Shown: positions 31,647 through 41,476 of the stretch, in pieces
Position numbering within the stretch: the first letter of the stretch is position 1
How the letters are laid out: every line of letters begins with the position of its first letter
Source of the DNA: Planctomycetota bacterium
GTDB taxonomy: Bacteria; Planctomycetota; JAJSAM01; JAJVHW01
NCBI GenBank assembly: GCA_965248445.1
Contig: CBDFJG010000003.1
Location: 864,001-928,000, forward strand
Reading direction: 5' to 3'
Length of the DNA stretch: 64,000 nucleotides
Notes under the pieces: model-generated
Database searches by the model: none
The model's input: only the letters and a program-made list of their open reading frames with translations
Told to the model about the DNA's origin: nothing
Translations under genes and position numbers: made by a program

Positions 31647-34600
31647 GCGGCTGCGCCCGTGGCATTCGCGCAGGACTACACAGTCACGCGGCGCGACTCG
31701 ACGTACCAGGCGTCGCCGGCGGGAGCGGATCAGCCGCTCGCGCTGCCGGGCGGCATGCACTACGCAGGGAACACGGTCGAGCTACCGTTCACGTTCCCGT
31801 ACTACGGGTTCGCCTACGACAAGATCTGGATCACCACTAAAGGGATGGTGCAGCTCGGCGTCGTCGCACTGGGGTTGTCGACCGGCACGAACGCGACCTT
31901 CCCTCCGAACGGCACTGGAGACGGCATGCTCGCGGTCGCGTGGGACCGGCTGGGCAACAGCGGCACAGTGTACTCGTGGACCGAGGGCACCACACTGGAG
32001 CGCGTTCACCACATATCGTGGGAAGGCTACGATGTAGGGTCGTTCCAGATTCAACTGCACGAGTCTTCGGGTCGCATCGTGTTCGCGTACGCCACGGGCG
32101 GCGACGGCTGGGAGCGCGCCAGCTTCTCGCACGGCATCGATGCGCCGGGGAGTGGCGACTCACGCTTCGTCGCTCCGATTTCGACCTTCTACCACCTCGA
32201 CGGACACCCGGGTCAGGACTTCGTGTTCGATCCGGACGTCGTGGAGGTGACGGGCATCGCCGCCTATGACCGCATTCAAGCCGACGCCAACGGTGTGGGG
32301 AACGGCTTCGACGCAGACATCCGTGTGGCCGGTGCCCGCATCGAACTCATGCGTGGAACGGCGCTGAGTGCCGTCACCCTCACCGATGAGCAGGGTGAGT
32401 ACCTCTTGCAGGTGGCGGCGCCGCCAGCCGGCGCCACGGGTTCGGTGAGGATGCTCACGCAGACGAGCACGAGCTGCGTTCGCGCCAGCGCGGGCGTCGC
32501 GCCGCACACGCTCACCCTCGACGGGGACGTCTCGTTGACCTCCGACATCGATCTGGGGACCGTCTCCGTGGGAGCGACCGAGGACCCGGTTGGGACCGTC
32601 CGCGCCGCACTCCACGTCTCGCAGGCGATCCGGTCACTGCACGGGATCGTCGCTGCAGGAGTCGAGGCGCTCCCGCATCTCGAGGTGCTCTACGATCCGG
32701 CATCGACGGCGGTCTCGAGGTACACGCCGGAAGCGGGGCAGACGGCGCCGGTGCTGCGCATCGGCAGCCCGCAGTCCGGCAACGAGGACGGCTGGGACCC
32801 GGATGTGATCGCACGCACGTACGCACGCCACGTTCTGGCCAACATCGCGGGGGCGGCGGCAACGCCGGAGGACTACGGTTACGACCAGGTCACCGATCCC
32901 CAGAACGCGTTCGCGGAGGCATTCGGCGCGTACTTCGCGTCGCTGGCGGATTCCGACGACATGTTCGTCGATGCCATCTCCGCAAACACGGGATCCGAGT
33001 GGTCCCTCGAGACGCCGGATCTGAACAGCGCACGGGCGCCGGACGTCGCGGGGTGGGTGGCGGGAATGCTGTTCGACCTCGCCGACCCGGACAACGAGCT
33101 CCATGATCGGGTGGACAGCACCGCCCCGGGTGCGGTCTACCTCCTGGAGTTCGTGGGTGGTCTGTCCGAAGCGCCAGACTTCGAGACTTTCTTGGATGCG
33201 TGGATCTCGGACGGACACGACCCCGTACCGCTGGTCCGCAGCTACATCCATCACGGTCTGATCGCCGACGACGACGCCGAGCCGAACGACGGTGCGGACG
33301 AGCCCACCGATCTCGGCGTGGCGGGCGCGCTGGTCATCGGTCGCGTGCTCAACCGGCACAACGAAGATTGGTACGAGGTGTCCACGGACGGCACCGCGAC
33401 GTCGCTGCAGGCCGACGTGACGTACGACCGGGCCACCGTTCTCAGCGACGTGACGGTCGAGATTCGGAGCCGAGCCGATGCCGTTCTGGCGTCCAAGACC
33501 ACTGTCGGGGGAACCGGTCCTGTGAGCGTGACGACGGCGTTCCCTTCCGCCGGCGACTACCGCGTGCGCGTCGCCCTCGCCAGCGGGGAGCCGATCCCCG
33601 AGTACACGGTTCAGGCGTTCTCGCCACTCGTTCTCTCCGCGAACCCGCTGCCGGACTGGACGGTGGGCCGCGACTACGACCAGCAGTTCGGCGTGGCGAA
33701 CGGCATTCCCCCCTTGCAGCTGGGGCTGAACACCGGACACCGGGTACCGCCCGGTATGGGACTCGTCGGCACGTCGCTGCGCGGCGCGCCGTCAGCGGCA
33801 GGGGACTACGCGTTCACGATCCGGGTAGTGGACTCCGGCAACCCACAGAACTCGGTGAGCAGGGCGTTCTCCGTTCGCATGAACGAGGCGCTCTCACTCG
33901 GCGACGAGCAGTTCCTCGCCCTACCGCTCGGCCGCTCGGCGCGTGCGTTCGACCGCGCGACCGGTGGCACGGCGCCGATCGCGTACACCGTGCTGGGCGG
34001 CGCGGTGCCGGACGGCATGACCCTCACCCCGGGTGGGTTCGTGCTCGACGGTGTCGCAACGGTTGCCGGCAGCGGAGTGCTCCACGTGCGCGGAACCGAC
34101 ATCGCGGGATCCAGCGACGAGCGCGAGTTCACCACCGTGGTCTGTGCCCCGGCCGAGGAGGCAAAGGCCGAGGTGGCGCTGGCCGCCGGTCAGCCCGCCT
34201 GCGGCTACTTCTTCGACGCGGCGGCGGGCAGTTCTCTCAAGTTCAAGGTGCGCACCGCGAAGAAACAGCCGAAGCGGGCGCTGCACGCCGTGCTGCTCGG
34301 ACCGGCCGGCGTCTCCGTCGCGGGGGGGAAGTTCAAGGACGGAACGGGCAAGGCGTCGTTCAGCAAGGTGATCGCGCCCTCGTCGGGGAGGTACTTCGTC
34401 GTCCTCGTGTCCGGAGACGGCCTCGACACCACGCTCGTCGCGACCGCGAGGGTCAAACCGCAGAAGAAGGCAAAGGGCGAGTTCACGGACATCACGGAGG
34501 ACTCGACCGAGGACATCCTCGTCGGCGCGCTCGCCGGTGCGCGGGCGACTCTCAAGCTGAAGGGCGACAGGAAGCGGAGTCTCGTTCCGAAGGTCGTCGC

Positions 34601-34799
34601 GCTGTTCGATCCTGACGGCGGAGTTGTCTCGCTGGCGGGCCTCGTAAGCACGCAGGGAAACAAGGCGACGCTCGTCGTCGACCTGCCACGCGACGGCACC
34701 TGGACGATACGCGTTGGCGCCGAACCCGGTGCGAGTGGCGCGGTGAAGTGGTCACTGAAGGTCAAGCAGCCCAAGGGCGCCGTCTTCAACGCCGACTGA
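31647..34799 (+). CDS. Large secreted/surface protein with putative Ig and PPC-like domains; 5' end removed by IS66
   Basis: Remnant signal peptide AAAPVAFA/QDY abuts the IS end; DDAEPND motif; putative-Ig repeats; Lys-rich C-terminal beta domain. Confidence 0.75.
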   Translation, partial: AAAPVAFAQDYTVTRRDSTYQASPAGADQPLALPGGMHYAGNTVELPFTFPYYGFAYDKIWITTKGMVQLGVVALGLSTGTNATFPPNGTGDGMLAVAWDRLGNSGTVYSWTEGTTLERVHHISWEGYDVGSFQIQLHESSGRIVFAYATGGDGWERASFSHGIDAPGSGDSRFVAPISTFYHLDGHPGQDFVFDPDVVEVTGIAAYDRIQADANGVGNGFDADIRVAGARIELMRGTALSAVTLTDEQGEYLLQVAAPPAGATGSVRMLTQTSTSCVRASAGVAPHTLTLDGDVSLTSDIDLGTVSVGATEDPVGTVRAALHVSQAIRSLHGIVAAGVEALPHLEVLYDPASTAVSRYTPEAGQTAPVLRIGSPQSGNEDGWDPDVIARTYARHVLANIAGAAATPEDYGYDQVTDPQNAFAEAFGAYFASLADSDDMFVDAISANTGSEWSLETPDLNSARAPDVAGWVAGMLFDLADPDNELHDRVDSTAPGAVYLLEFVGGLSEAPDFETFLDAWISDGHDPVPLVRSYIHHGLIADDDAEPNDGADEPTDLGVAGALVIGRVLNRHNEDWYEVSTDGTATSLQADVTYDRATVLSDVTVEIRSRADAVLASKTTVGGTGPVSVTTAFPSAGDYRVRVALASGEPIPEYTVQAFSPLVLSANPLPDWTVGRDYDQQFGVANGIPPLQLGLNTGHRVPPGMGLVGTSLRGAPSAAGDYAFTIRVVDSGNPQNSVSRAFSVRMNEALSLGDEQFLALPLGRSARAFDRATGGTAPIAYTVLGGAVPDGMTLTPGGFVLDGVATVAGSGVLHVRGTDIAGSSDEREFTTVVCAPAEEAKAEVALAAGQPACGYFFDAAAGSSLKFKVRTAKKQPKRALHAVLLGPAGVSVAGGKFKDGTGKASFSKVIAPSSGRYFVVLVSGDGLDTTLVATARVKPQKKAKGEFTDITEDSTEDILVGALAGARATLKLKGDRKRSLVPKVVALFDPDGGVVSLAGLVSTQGNKATLVVDLPRDGTWTIRVGAEPGASGAVKWSLKVKQPKGAVFNAD

Positions 34800-34890
34800 C
34801 TGCCGTGCCTGGCCGATTTGCGTTGGTCGCTGCGCGGACCGTATCGCCGGGCGGCGAGCCCGCTCCCTCTCGGCGGGGGAGAGACCTGGC

Positions 34891-35973
34891 ATGCGCATCT
34901 TGCTGACCGGAGCGTCGGGCTACCTCGGCATGCATCTCTCGAGCACTCTGGTCCGGGCCGGACACGAGGTCACGGCGCTCGTTCGCTCACCGGACCGACT
35001 GGGGCGACTCGCGGAGCACCGTGCGGTGACGGTCCGCCATGCGGATCTCCTGGAGGAGTCGCGTGTCGCGGCCGCGGTGGAAGGGCATGAGGTGTGCGTC
35101 CACGCCGGCTTTGTCTGGGGTCCACCGAGAAGCGAGCTCGAGCTCTTGGACACCGTTGCGGCGGCGAAGCTGTTCGACGCTGCGGGCAGGACGGGCGTAG
35201 GCCGAACCGTGCTGGTGTCGTCGACGGCCGTGCACCGTCCGTTCACGACGGAGATGCAGGAGGACGATGCGCTCACGACCGCTGACGTCTACGGGGCCAC
35301 CAAAGCGGCAGCGGAGTTGTTCCTGTGGGCAGCATGCGGGACCCACGCGATGCAAGGAGTCGTGCTACGACCGGGCCCGATTGTCGGATCGCCGGCACTG
35401 CCGGACGGTGCGTTTCGGAGCGACCGTCGCATCGTGGCGTTGGTTGACGCAGCCCGTCGCGGGGAACCTCTGCGGATGGTGCGAGGTGAGGGGCGTCAGT
35501 TCGTCGCCGCCGAGGACGTGGCCCGCACCGTAGCGGTCGCGATCGAGGCGCCAGAGGCTTCTGGGACCTACCTGTGCGTCGACCGGGAGTTCACCAGCTG
35601 GGAGTCGATCGCGCGCCGGGCGGTCGAGCTGACGCAGTCGACGAGCAGCGTCGTGACGGAGGACGATCCAGAGGGCCGTTCGAATCCGCGTTTCAACGAC
35701 AGCCGCCTCGCCACGCTGCTCGGTGGCCCGTTAGACAGTCGAGCAGCCATGGAGCAGCGCCTCGCTCACTTCAAGACCGCTGTCCACGAGTTCGTCGTGA
35801 CCGCACGTGCGGCACTCGCTCGGCTCGTGGTCGATCACCTCATCGACGAGCTTGCGAGACGTGCCCGGATGGCCGGGCTGAGCGCCCTGCTTCTTGTCAG
35901 ACGGCGGACGGCGACGGCGGCGGCGCTTGGACCACGGGGCGTCCGAGGACGGTGGCTTCGACGAGGTGCGTGA
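34891..35973 (+). CDS. NAD-dependent epimerase/dehydratase (extended SDR); C-terminus runs into an IS remnant after about 35760
   Basis: ILLTGASGYLG, SST and YGATK motifs. Confidence 0.85.
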   Translation: MRILLTGASGYLGMHLSSTLVRAGHEVTALVRSPDRLGRLAEHRAVTVRHADLLEESRVAAAVEGHEVCVHAGFVWGPPRSELELLDTVAAAKLFDAAGRTGVGRTVLVSSTAVHRPFTTEMQEDDALTTADVYGATKAAAELFLWAACGTHAMQGVVLRPGPIVGSPALPDGAFRSDRRIVALVDAARRGEPLRMVRGEGRQFVAAEDVARTVAVAIEAPEASGTYLCVDREFTSWESIARRAVELTQSTSSVVTEDDPEGRSNPRFNDSRLATLLGGPLDSRAAMEQRLAHFKTAVHEFVVTARAALARLVVDHLIDELARRARMAGLSALLLVRRRTATAAALGPRGVRGRWLRRGA

Positions 35974-36065
35974 GTCCTTGCGCAGCCGGGACTCGAGATC
36001 GTCGATGCGCGCGGCCTGCTTCTTGATGAGCGCGGCCTGCCTCGTGATGAGCTCGCTCTGGTCAA
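35760..36065 (-). mobile_element. Divergent IS66 transposase N-terminal remnant
   Basis: Minus frame reads RIDDLESRLRKDSRTSSKPPSSDAPWSKRRR...QGAQPGHPG...CRTCGHD. Confidence 0.75.
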
Positions 36066-36111
36066 GGCGCCCAAGTAGCTCGAGAGTGCCGGTCGCGTCC
36101 GGCGGACAGTG

Positions 36112-36555
36112 TCACACCGGATGCAGGGCGCGCGTGCTTTGAGTCCGCGGCTTGCCCAACGGCTGGGTGGCGACCGAGTACGCGAGCCATGCGACGGCTG
36201 CGACGAAGGCGAAGTGTGCGGAGGCCGGTGCGTCGAGTCCGCCGAAGCAGCCGCACGTCGACACGTCGTGGCCATGGGCGACCAGCCAGCACAGCATGCC
36301 CGCGAAGCTGACGAACATCGCAAGCGTCGTGCGCGCGGCGATAGCTCGCCAGCGGGTCGCCAAGCCGGCGGCGAGCACCAGCTCAGCCGACGCGACGGTC
36401 GCCAGCAGGGGGATCGTGGGAATGCCCTCGACGATCCACCTGTCCGGAATCGTATCCGGGCGGAACAGGATGGCGAACAGCTTCGCCAACGCCGTCCCGA
36501 CCAAGGTGACGAACAGGACGCCGTTCGCCACGCGTGAGATCGTCTGGTCCTTCAC
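36112..36555 (-). CDS. MauE/DoxX-family redox-associated membrane protein
   Basis: About 4 TM segments; ELVLAAGL and CGCFG motifs; GTG overlaps the upstream stop. Confidence 0.75.
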   Translation of the reverse strand: MKDQTISRVANGVLFVTLVGTALAKLFAILFRPDTIPDRWIVEGIPTIPLLATVASAELVLAAGLATRWRAIAARTTLAMFVSFAGMLCWLVAHGHDVSTCGCFGGLDAPASAHFAFVAAVAWLAYSVATQPLGKPRTQSTRALHPV

Positions 36556-38354
36556 CGTGTGTTCACCTCGGCAGTGGCCACCTTGCCGGCCTGCACGTTG
36601 ATGGGTCCGAGGTCCGAGCTTCGGCCGTCCGGGGTTCGGACCCGGACGCTGTAGGTCGCCTGGGGCAAGAGCGGTACCACGGGTCGGGCCCCGTAGACGG
36701 ACACGGAGACCGACACCACCCGGCCAGAGGGCGTCTCCCACTCGAAGTCGAGGGCGACCGCAGGGTAGTCGAATACCGTTCCGCCACCGGGCTGGACCAA
36801 CTGGAGGGAACCCGTGCGCGAAGGTTGCAGCTCGACCGGGCTCGTTTCATCCGGCAGCACGTCGACGGTCTCCGAGACCGCCCAGTCCACGGTGGTGGGA
36901 CTGATGGTCGGCGCAACATGGACCCTATAACGCCCTGCCGGCAGGTCGCGCAGCGTCGCGACGACGCCCGGCGCCACGCGATTCACGCGGCACGTGTAGG
37001 AGCTGACGCCGTCGCCGGGATCCCGTTCCGGGAGCAGCACGACGCGAACCCAAGGCGAGAGGGACGGGGCGCTCTCGACCAGTACGGACCGCAAGCTCGC
37101 GGGTACATCGTCGAGCACCCAGCTGATCGTGACCGCGCCGCGTCCACGTACGTCGGTGGGAACGAGCGAGATCTCGGTCACCTGGTCCCCGGCGTCGAGA
37201 CGATGCGCCCAGACGTCCGCACGTGCGGGTTGCCAGCCCGGCGCGCGAATCGTGTACGGGAACGGTCCGACCCACTCGTCTTCGGTGCCCATCGAGAACG
37301 CCCAGTCGATCTCGGCCTCGTTGCGGTCGTCGCCGCGCCGCCGCGGTGCGACTCGGCCATCGGACAGCACGCTCAGGAGGTCCTGTTCGGCGAAGGACTG
37401 TGGAAAGCCCGGCAGGTTCGACGGGAACCCGAAGGACGTCGCCGGGAGGTACGTACCACCCCGGAGCAACCGGGCCGGCAGACCCTCGCCGTCGACGAAC
37501 CGTATGGCGATCCGGTAGAGCGTCTCCGTCGCCACAGAGGCACGCGCAACGCCCTCCGCCGGCGTCGTCATCACGGTCTCGCCGGCCCAGGAAGCCCCGG
37601 CTGCCAGCACCGTGTACCCAGTGGACGGGCGGGCGGACCGAATCTCGAAGTTCCCTTCCTCGTCGGTCTCCGTCACGAGTCGGCGTGGATCGGCGAGCAG
37701 GCGTTCGAATCGGGACGCGGTGGCGAGTGCCGGAGGCGCCGTCCGTGTTCGGAGAGCCACCCGGGACACACCCGTGCGTGGACGGCCTTGGGAGTCGAAC
37801 ACCCGCCCCTGCACGACGACGGCCGGTCTCAGCATGATCTCGATCACGTTCGAGTCGTCGCCCGCGAAGAGGTGGCGAGCACGATCGAGCGGGATCCAGG
37901 CGACGCGATGGTCGGCATGAGCGACGACCAGGTCCGCTGCGCCCCACCGCGGCTCCGGTACCGAGAACGAGTGCATGCCGTGGCGATCCGTGACGCCCAC
38001 CGGCGCCAGCTCATCCGTGTCATGCCCGGCGAGGTGAAGACGTGCCCCGACGACCGGATCACCACTGAGCGCGTCGATCACGCGCACGCGTGCGTTCGTC
38101 GTCTCGGGAGCGGTCGGGGGCTGTACCGGGTCCGTCGCCGCCTCCGGTGTCGACGGAGGGCGTACGCGAGCGGCATCCTTGGTCGAACCGGCGCGCTCAC
38201 GCGCGTCTGCTTGATGCAACTGCTGCTCGTGATCATGACGGTGTTCGCGTTTCACGAACAACACCAGGCCCAGCGCACAGAGCACGAGAGTGACGAGCAG
38301 CAGAACCAACTCGATACGGATGCGGCCGCGATTCGTCCGTCTCGATGTCGGCAT
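36552..38354 (-). CDS. Membrane-anchored carboxypeptidase-regulatory-like domain protein
   Basis: N-terminal TM; VRVIDALSGDPVVGA, GRVFDSQGRP, TDEEGNFEI, LPAGRYRV. Confidence 0.7.
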   Translation of the reverse strand: MPTSRRTNRGRIRIELVLLLVTLVLCALGLVLFVKREHRHDHEQQLHQADARERAGSTKDAARVRPPSTPEAATDPVQPPTAPETTNARVRVIDALSGDPVVGARLHLAGHDTDELAPVGVTDRHGMHSFSVPEPRWGAADLVVAHADHRVAWIPLDRARHLFAGDDSNVIEIMLRPAVVVQGRVFDSQGRPRTGVSRVALRTRTAPPALATASRFERLLADPRRLVTETDEEGNFEIRSARPSTGYTVLAAGASWAGETVMTTPAEGVARASVATETLYRIAIRFVDGEGLPARLLRGGTYLPATSFGFPSNLPGFPQSFAEQDLLSVLSDGRVAPRRRGDDRNEAEIDWAFSMGTEDEWVGPFPYTIRAPGWQPARADVWAHRLDAGDQVTEISLVPTDVRGRGAVTISWVLDDVPASLRSVLVESAPSLSPWVRVVLLPERDPGDGVSSYTCRVNRVAPGVVATLRDLPAGRYRVHVAPTISPTTVDWAVSETVDVLPDETSPVELQPSRTGSLQLVQPGGGTVFDYPAVALDFEWETPSGRVVSVSVSVYGARPVVPLLPQATYSVRVRTPDGRSSDLGPINVQAGKVATAEVNTR

Positions 38355-38447
38355 GAGCGCGCTCCCTCTTCGATCGTACCGCCGTCGATCCGCCGGTGCG
38401 GCACGACTGTGCGCACCGGCACCATGAGCAGCCCGGTCAACGTTGGT

Positions 38448-38849
38448 TCAGTCGCAGTGCGCCTGGTACTTGCTACCCGTCTTCGAGCCCCGGCACACGC
38501 CGGGCAGTGGGCACGTGGGGCAATCGCCGTTCACGTCGAACGGATAAGGCCTGCCCGGAGGTGTCACGAAGTACTTGATGACGTGGCAGCACGAAGCCTC
38601 CGGGATACCGGGGCACCCGCAATAGAAGTAGCCGCCGTTCGGCCCGGACGGATTGCCCTGCAGTGTGCACGCGGTCATGTCCGGGCACGACCCGGCGCAG
38701 CTCACAGTGTACGTCGGGCCGGTACCGCTGTGTCCGAAGTGTCCGGTTCCCGAACAGCTCGCACCGGACGCAAGCACGATCTCCGACGACGACCAGGCGA
38801 GGGCGACGATCGCCACAAGCGTCACCAGCGATGTCCATCGCAATCTCAT
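38448..38849 (-). CDS. Small secreted cysteine-rich protein (12 Cys)
   Basis: GAGGTG RBS, signal peptide MRLRWTSLVTLVAIVALA, 12 Cys in the mature region. Confidence 0.7.
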   Translation of the reverse strand: MRLRWTSLVTLVAIVALAWSSSEIVLASGASCSGTGHFGHSGTGPTYTVSCAGSCPDMTACTLQGNPSGPNGGYFYCGCPGIPEASCCHVIKYFVTPPGRPYPFDVNGDCPTCPLPGVCRGSKTGSKYQAHCD

Positions 38850-38864
38850 TGCATCACCTCTCTT

Positions 38865-39165
38865 GTAATTGTTCACGTACGTGGGAGTTGATCGAGTTCA
38901 GCGGGCGGCGGGCAGGCTGACGAGGTCGGGGGGCGGCTGGCCGCGGGCGGCGGCGGCCGCGGGCGGCGGCCTGGGTGAGGTAGTCGAAGACGTTCTCGCC
39001 GCGGAGGCGCAGGGTTGGCGGTGACGGTGAGGATGCGTTCAGCAAAGCGCAGGCCGCGCTTGCTCTGGCTGCCGAAGCATCCCTTCCTCCAGAGCACCGG
39101 CTTGCGCACGGCCGCGTTGTTGGTGGGCTCGACGCCCGGGACGCGGGCGAATGTCCAGAGGGCGT
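38865..39165 (-). mobile_element. Divergent IS66 3' remnant with terminal IR
   Basis: PTNNAA-VRKPVLWRKGCFGSQSKRGLRFAERIL, frameshifted; end GTAATTGTTCAC at 38865. Confidence 0.75.
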
Positions 39166-39707
39166 CGATACCCCCCGTCAGGGGGACCTCCCAGAAATGA
39201 AGTGCGCGGCCGCACGGGCTCGGACCGCCGGGAACCCCCCGACGCTCCGAGTGTTCTGCGTTCTTGCATGGGGCCCCGCCCGCGCGCGGCGGGCCGGCTG
39301 CCGGGTGACGTTGGCGGGCGGGGTTGGCCCGCTCTCGCTGGCGCCTCCGCGGCGAGGTGGCGCCGCTCGGCGTCTACACGGAGAGACAGCGGTGCCGAGA
39401 CCGGAGCGGGAGATCCCGGGGACCCGGATCGGCCAGCTAGATAGCTCCCGAAATTTTCGGGGGGGGGGGGGAAGTCCTTGCCATACGCCGTCTTTCCCCA
39501 TCGCGCTGGCGTCTGCGCCAGGCTCGGGTGCGAGAGGCGTTCGGCTTGGCCATCGCGGGAGTAGAGCACGCTCCCCCCGCCAGCGCAAACGAACCCCTGA
39601 GGGACTTCGGCCGAGGGGTAGCGTCCCACGAAGGTGTGTACATTTGTCTGACGACAGATTCTAAGGAAGCAACCTGGATGGGCCAGCCACGGATAGGAGG
39701 TGCGACC

Positions 39708-39944
39708 TCACGCCGGCCGGAGGCTGTTGGGCGGGTTCGGATGCTCCCGGACGCACCACTCCCACAGCTCGACGTGGTGCTGGCGCTCCCGCAGGAGGTC
39801 GGGGTAGAGGCCGACGACGGCGTCCGACAGAGCCTGGATGGGAAGATCCACGATCTCCCCCGCGACGGCGAAGCGGCGCTTGCCGGTCGGGCTGAGGCCG
39901 AGATCCTGAGCGAGCAGGAGTGTCCCGGGGAAGCGAGCGGCCAT
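39708..39944 (-). CDS. Small hypothetical phage protein
   Basis: Starts 3 nt after the upstream stop, same strand. Confidence 0.5.
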   Translation of the reverse strand: MAARFPGTLLLAQDLGLSPTGKRRFAVAGEIVDLPIQALSDAVVGLYPDLLRERQHHVELWEWCVREHPNPPNSLRPA

Positions 39945-39947
39945 CGG

Positions 39948-40451
39948 CTACTCGGCGGGCTCCGGTTCCTTCTCCGGATCGGCGGTCGGCGCCTCGGTGG
40001 GCTTCTCGGCCGCCACGTCGTTCGAGCCGCCCGCCAGACCAAGGGCCTCCGCGACCGACTCGGCGGCTCCCTTCGCCGGGCCGTCCAGGTTGGCGTCCAC
40101 GCGGATCGGGGTCTCGTTCGTAGGAGACGCCGTGCCTCCGCGCTGATCGGTGCCGACCTTCACGTCCTGGCGCGAGTAGAACAGATCGCCGACGCTGCCG
40201 GGGTTGCCCGCGGCCGCGCGTGCCTGGACAAACGCGGCGAGCTGCTCGGGCGTCCAGCGGTCCATGCCGAGCGGCCAGTCGGAGACGGTGACCTGGGTAC
40301 GCACGACATCGGCTTCCTCGACGGCGAGGACACCGGCCGACCAACTGAGCGTCGGGTTGGCGGCGCCGGCGTCGGCGCGCCCGGTGGCGCAGCCGGGAAG
40401 CAGGAGAGCGGCCGGCAGGATGGCGAGAGCGGCGAGCAGGGGGAACTTCAT
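39948..40451 (-). CDS. Lipoprotein
   Basis: MKFPLLAALAILPAALLLPGC lipobox; GGAG RBS; ATGA overlap. Confidence 0.7.
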   Translation of the reverse strand: MKFPLLAALAILPAALLLPGCATGRADAGAANPTLSWSAGVLAVEEADVVRTQVTVSDWPLGMDRWTPEQLAAFVQARAAAGNPGSVGDLFYSRQDVKVGTDQRGGTASPTNETPIRVDANLDGPAKGAAESVAEALGLAGGSNDVAAEKPTEAPTADPEKEPEPAE

Positions 40452-40729
40452 CGGTGTGACTCCTCTCGGTCGAGATGGTGCTCGACCCGTTCGATGGAGG
40501 CCTTCGCGGCCCCCAGGATCTCGGTGCACGTGGTGATGAGCGCCGCGGACCTCTCTTCGAGGACCTCCACGGCGCGCACGGACTGACGCTGCGCCTCGTG
40601 GCACGCGTCGGCGATCACCTTCTGCGTCGCGTCGCTCTCGCGCATGCGGCGCAGGAAGAGCACCACCAGGACGACGAGCACCACGAGGGAGGGCACCTGA
40701 CGGGCGGCTTCGGTGAGCACGGCTTCCAT
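40448..40729 (-). CDS. Single-TM coiled-coil protein, holin-like
   Basis: N-terminal TM followed by an amphipathic helix; lies after tail genes. Confidence 0.5.
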   Translation of the reverse strand: MEAVLTEAARQVPSLVVLVVLVVLFLRRMRESDATQKVIADACHEAQRQSVRAVEVLEERSAALITTCTEILGAAKASIERVEHHLDREESHR

Positions 40730-40732
40730 GGA

Positions 40733-41305
40733 TCAGGCCCTCCTCTTCGCGAGCGCACGGGTCGCGGTCGTAGGACCGAGCACCGGCGCGGCGGTCTTGC
40801 GCGGGCGGCGGAACCTCCGGACGATCCGGCTGACGTGGGACGGGCAGACGCCGAAGCGATCGGCGATGGCCGCCTGCGTGACGCCGCCTGCGGCGTAGAG
40901 ACGCCGAATCTCGGCGCGATCGGCGTTCGAGAGACGCGCTTGGTGGTGGTCCTCGCCGCGCGGGTACGGGTGCCGCCCCTTCGCGGCCATGTCGCACATG
41001 TTGTCCGACTGCGTGCCGAGGAAGAGGTGGTCGGGTCGAACGCAGGGCGGGTTGTCGCAGGCGTGGCAGACCAGCATCCCCGCCGGGATCAGGCCGCGCG
41101 CGAGCTCCCACGCCACGCGGTGCGCCTGAACGCCGCGCCCTCCGATCGTGAAGGCGCCGTAGCCGCGCGGGTAGCGCCGGCCGGTCCACTCCCAGCAGCC
41201 CGCTGTCTTCCGGACACGCGGCCAGAAGCGGTCGGCGACCGGAACCGTGCGACGCATCAGGCGGCGCGCGTCGAACCCCGGACGGAAGGAGCCTGCCGTC
41301 TTCAC
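40733..41305 (-). CDS. Phage HNH endonuclease with C-terminal HTH
   Basis: CWEWTG, GYG, AHRVAW, VCHACDNPPCVRPDHL...DN. Confidence 0.9.
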   Translation of the reverse strand: MKTAGSFRPGFDARRLMRRTVPVADRFWPRVRKTAGCWEWTGRRYPRGYGAFTIGGRGVQAHRVAWELARGLIPAGMLVCHACDNPPCVRPDHLFLGTQSDNMCDMAAKGRHPYPRGEDHHQARLSNADRAEIRRLYAAGGVTQAAIADRFGVCPSHVSRIVRRFRRPRKTAAPVLGPTTATRALAKRRA

Positions 41306-41476
41306 GTCACGCTCTCGTGTGGCGCGCGGTCTGCGCGTAGGCGAGGTCGGCGCGGAAGACGACCGTCCCGCCGGCCTTCCCGGCGCCGCCCACGGTCTTG
41401 CGCCAGAGCGTGGCGAGGACGAGGCAGCCCGAGGAGACGGGGTTCGCCGGGTCGGCGTGGTCGATCAGGAGTTCGC

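Noticed and set aside
38448..38849. Methylamine dehydrogenase light chain (mauA)
   Set aside because: No Trp pair for TTQ in the Cys-rich region, no Tat motif and no mauB/D/G.
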